Part shown: one piece after another, positions 61,650-64,000 of the stretch
Position numbering within the stretch: position 1 is the first letter of the stretch
Layout: each line of letters begins with the position of its first letter
From: Felis catus
Taxonomy: Eukaryota
Length of the DNA: 64,000 bases
Direction of reading: 5' to 3'
NCBI RefSeq assembly: GCF_018350175.1
Contig: NC_058373.1
Coordinates: 36,394,001-36,458,000, forward strand
Program-made: the position numbers and the translations under genes
The notes under the pieces: generated by a model
What the model saw: the letters and a program-made list of their open reading frames with translations, nothing else
Databases searched by the model: none
Told to the model about the DNA's origin: nothing

Positions 61650-62140
61650 GCAGATTCCCAGAAACGGGAGGCATGCCATGCCTCTCAGGGCCACATGGAT
61701 AAGCACCAGCATCAGTGGGGAGGTGGAGGGAAGAGGGGAAGCGGTGGGCAGGAGACTTGTGGTCATTTCCATGGGAAGGGTGGGTGAGGCAGGGTGAGCA
61801 GGCTCAGGATTGGCTAGTTTGAATACTTTTAGCAGGCTCTGGGACATAGGGGCTGTCTGTCCCTAGTTGTCTGGCACCTGGCCCTGAGGTGAGTAGTTTC
61901 CCAAAGTGCAAGAGCCCGAAGAGGAGGGGGTTGGGGGGGTGGGGGCTCCAGAGTGGCTGGTTTGCACTGAAAAGTGCTCTCACACTACAGCCACACCACC
62001 TGAATGTGCCCAATCTGTCTGAAAGGTACACTCATATATGTGAGTTATTTGCTGTCTCTAGCAATTAGCTCACCCGGGGAGGGGCAGTTCCTTTAGGGGC
62101 AGCAAGGCCCCAGATGTCAAAGATTAAATTTAGAAAATAG
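61650..62140 (-). mobile_element. ERVL-type LTR fragment (MER76/MER77-like)
   Basis: Motif aggattggctagtttgaata...ggggctgtc...ccctagttgtctgg, recalled from that family. Confidence 0.5.
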
Positions 62141-62149
62141 GGAGACGTA

Positions 62150-62365
62150 GAGGCACCCAGGTGGCTCAGTCGGTTAAGGGTCAGACTTCAGCTCAGGTCA
62201 TGATCTCACGGTTCATGAGTTTGAGCCCCATGTCAGGCTCTGTGCTGACAGCTCAGAGCCTGGAGCCCCGTTCAGATTCTGTGTCTCCTCGCCCGCCCCT
62301 CACCCGCTCATGCTCTGTCTCTCTCTCCTATAAGAATAAACAAACATTAAGAAAAAAAGGAAAAG
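62150..62365 (+). mobile_element. Can-SINE
   Basis: Head, body and tail. Confidence 0.88.
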
Positions 62366-63062
62366 AAGGCATGGGTAATGCACTGATGCATGCCTAATAT
62401 GTTTTTATCACACTGCTAGGCCATGTGCCACAGGCCTGTAGACATTATCTGTGCTTTTCCAAACAGCCCGGAGACATCAAGCAATTTATCCAGGCCACAG
62501 ATCTGTAAGGGACACAGCCAGGACCGGAAACCGTTTGACCCCAGAGCTCCATGCTATGTTGCGTGCAGGTCCTTGAGTGAGCCCCCTTCCCCTTGTGGGC
62601 ACCCAGAGGGCCTCTTTGGTCAGCACAGAAGAGTGGCTTTGTCATTGGCTTTCTGTCAGGCCTCACCGTTTAAGGAGGCTTTAACTTTCATCTGAACTGG
62701 CCTCCAGCCTGCACACACGAATCACACCGATGCTTCAGTCCACCCTTTCAGTGGGAGATGCAGTGGGAGATGCACCCCCCAGTCATAAAAGGGTGACATC
62801 AAGACATCTGTGAGACTGGGGAGGCTATCAGGATGGAAAGCCATCACCCAAGAGTCTCAGTGCCCCTTTGTGCATCTGGAAGCCCAGGAGAGGACTGCGG
62901 TTTGAAACAGAGGAGCAGCGAAGGTCACAGAGATAAGGATATGTAAGGGGGGAGGAGGGAGGGGCCGTAGGCGCATTGAGTGGAACAGATGCATTAAAAC
63001 GTCCAGGATGCATTTCCAGATCCTTTCCCCACTGTATCCACCTGAGGAAAAGGTCTGTTTTG

Positions 63063-63215
63063 GGAGCGCCTGCAGGGCCTCGTTGGTTAAACATCTGACT
63101 CTTGGTCATGATCTCACAGTTCATGAGTTTGAGCCCTGTATTCGGCTCTGCCCCTCCCCTGCTCATTCTCTGTCTCTCTCAAAACTAAATAAATAAACTT
63201 TAAAAAAAAAAGAAA
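63063..63215 (+). mobile_element. Short Can-SINE with internal deletion
   Basis: Partial body plus A-tail. Confidence 0.8.
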
Positions 63216-64000
63216 AAAACCTCACTTTTACAAAAGAAAACACAAGGTCTGTTTTGTACCTTCTTCTGGACCTCCTACACGGGCGTCATTGGGCAACAGC
63301 AAACTGACCTGATAATGGCCTATATCATTATTTACTAGGGTTTCTTTTGTCTTGGTGGGGCCTTGCCACTATAGCTAAAACCAACATGGCACTTCTTCCA
63401 TTCTCCCTGTGTATGAGTCTCCCTCCCCCACGTGCTCATGTGGGATGCTGAGGGCCAGCATGGGCTTGCCTGGGCCCGTCTCTTGTCACCACTTACCTGG
63501 ATAGGGACAGAGCACTTGGGCTCGGGCAAAACCCCTGCTCACACTTGCATCTGTTGAGCGAAATCAATGGAGGAGACTTGGTGCTACATAGGAACTGAAA
63601 CGACTCCCCTTCTGGCCTCTTGAGCTGCCCCAGACTAGAGCGATCGGGGCTTTTTCAGTTTAGCACTAGAAGTCCTGTGTCCTGCAAAACCCCTGGCCCC
63701 AGGCACACCGGGACAGTTTGTCTCCCTGCTTGGACACTGTTGGTTCCTGCCCCTCAAGCTCTTTCCCAGAGCAGACCTGCTGGAGACCTTTCCAAGGTGT
63801 TCCAGGCACAAGCCCTGCCATAGCTCCCTGACTGTTAGCTTTTGGCTCCAGTAGCAGGTTCAATCCTTCAGCAGTTTGGATTAGATCCTACCAACCAAGA
63901 TCATGCTGATAGAATGCCGTGAGGTCAGGAAGGAAGTCAAATTGAAAGAGATTGTTTCGAAGGGTGTGATTTTGACTTGAGACAAGAAATATGACAGGAT

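Noticed and set aside
1-64000. CRISPR arrays, tRNA/rRNA genes or a prokaryote-style novel system
   Set aside because: Eukaryotic intron-exon locus. No repeat-spacer arrays seen, and tRNA-like boxes are SINE heads.

Overview
Mammalian genomic DNA. The abundant tRNA-derived Can-SINEs of SINEC_Fc type point to a felid (cat family). There are three N gaps. The window holds one complete, intact protein-coding gene on the minus strand: NOX5 (Ca2+-activated, EF-hand NADPH oxidase 5). I traced 16 coding exons by hand from ATG 41399 to TAG 8158. They total 2211 nt, or 736 aa (alpha-type start); the internal beta-type ATG at 35970 gives 718 aa. All intron phases are consistent, and intron 2 has a GC donor. 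The remainder is intronic or flanking sequence rich in Can-SINEs, MIR/L2, L1 fragments, Tigger DNA transposons, LTRs and microsatellites. I found no evidence of a novel multi-gene system. The most notable observations are: a ~750 bp G-skewed, G4-prone minisatellite in intron 4; a disabled remnant of the human gamma/delta 28-aa EF3 insert; loss of several human regulatory phosphosites; a weakly defined exon 2; an NRF1/Z-DNA element before exon 3; a compositionally foreign block in intron 14; and no canonical polyA signal until a SINE tail 5.4 kb past the stop. Human NOX5 comparisons are from memory and need confirmation by alignment. Repeat boundaries are approximate.
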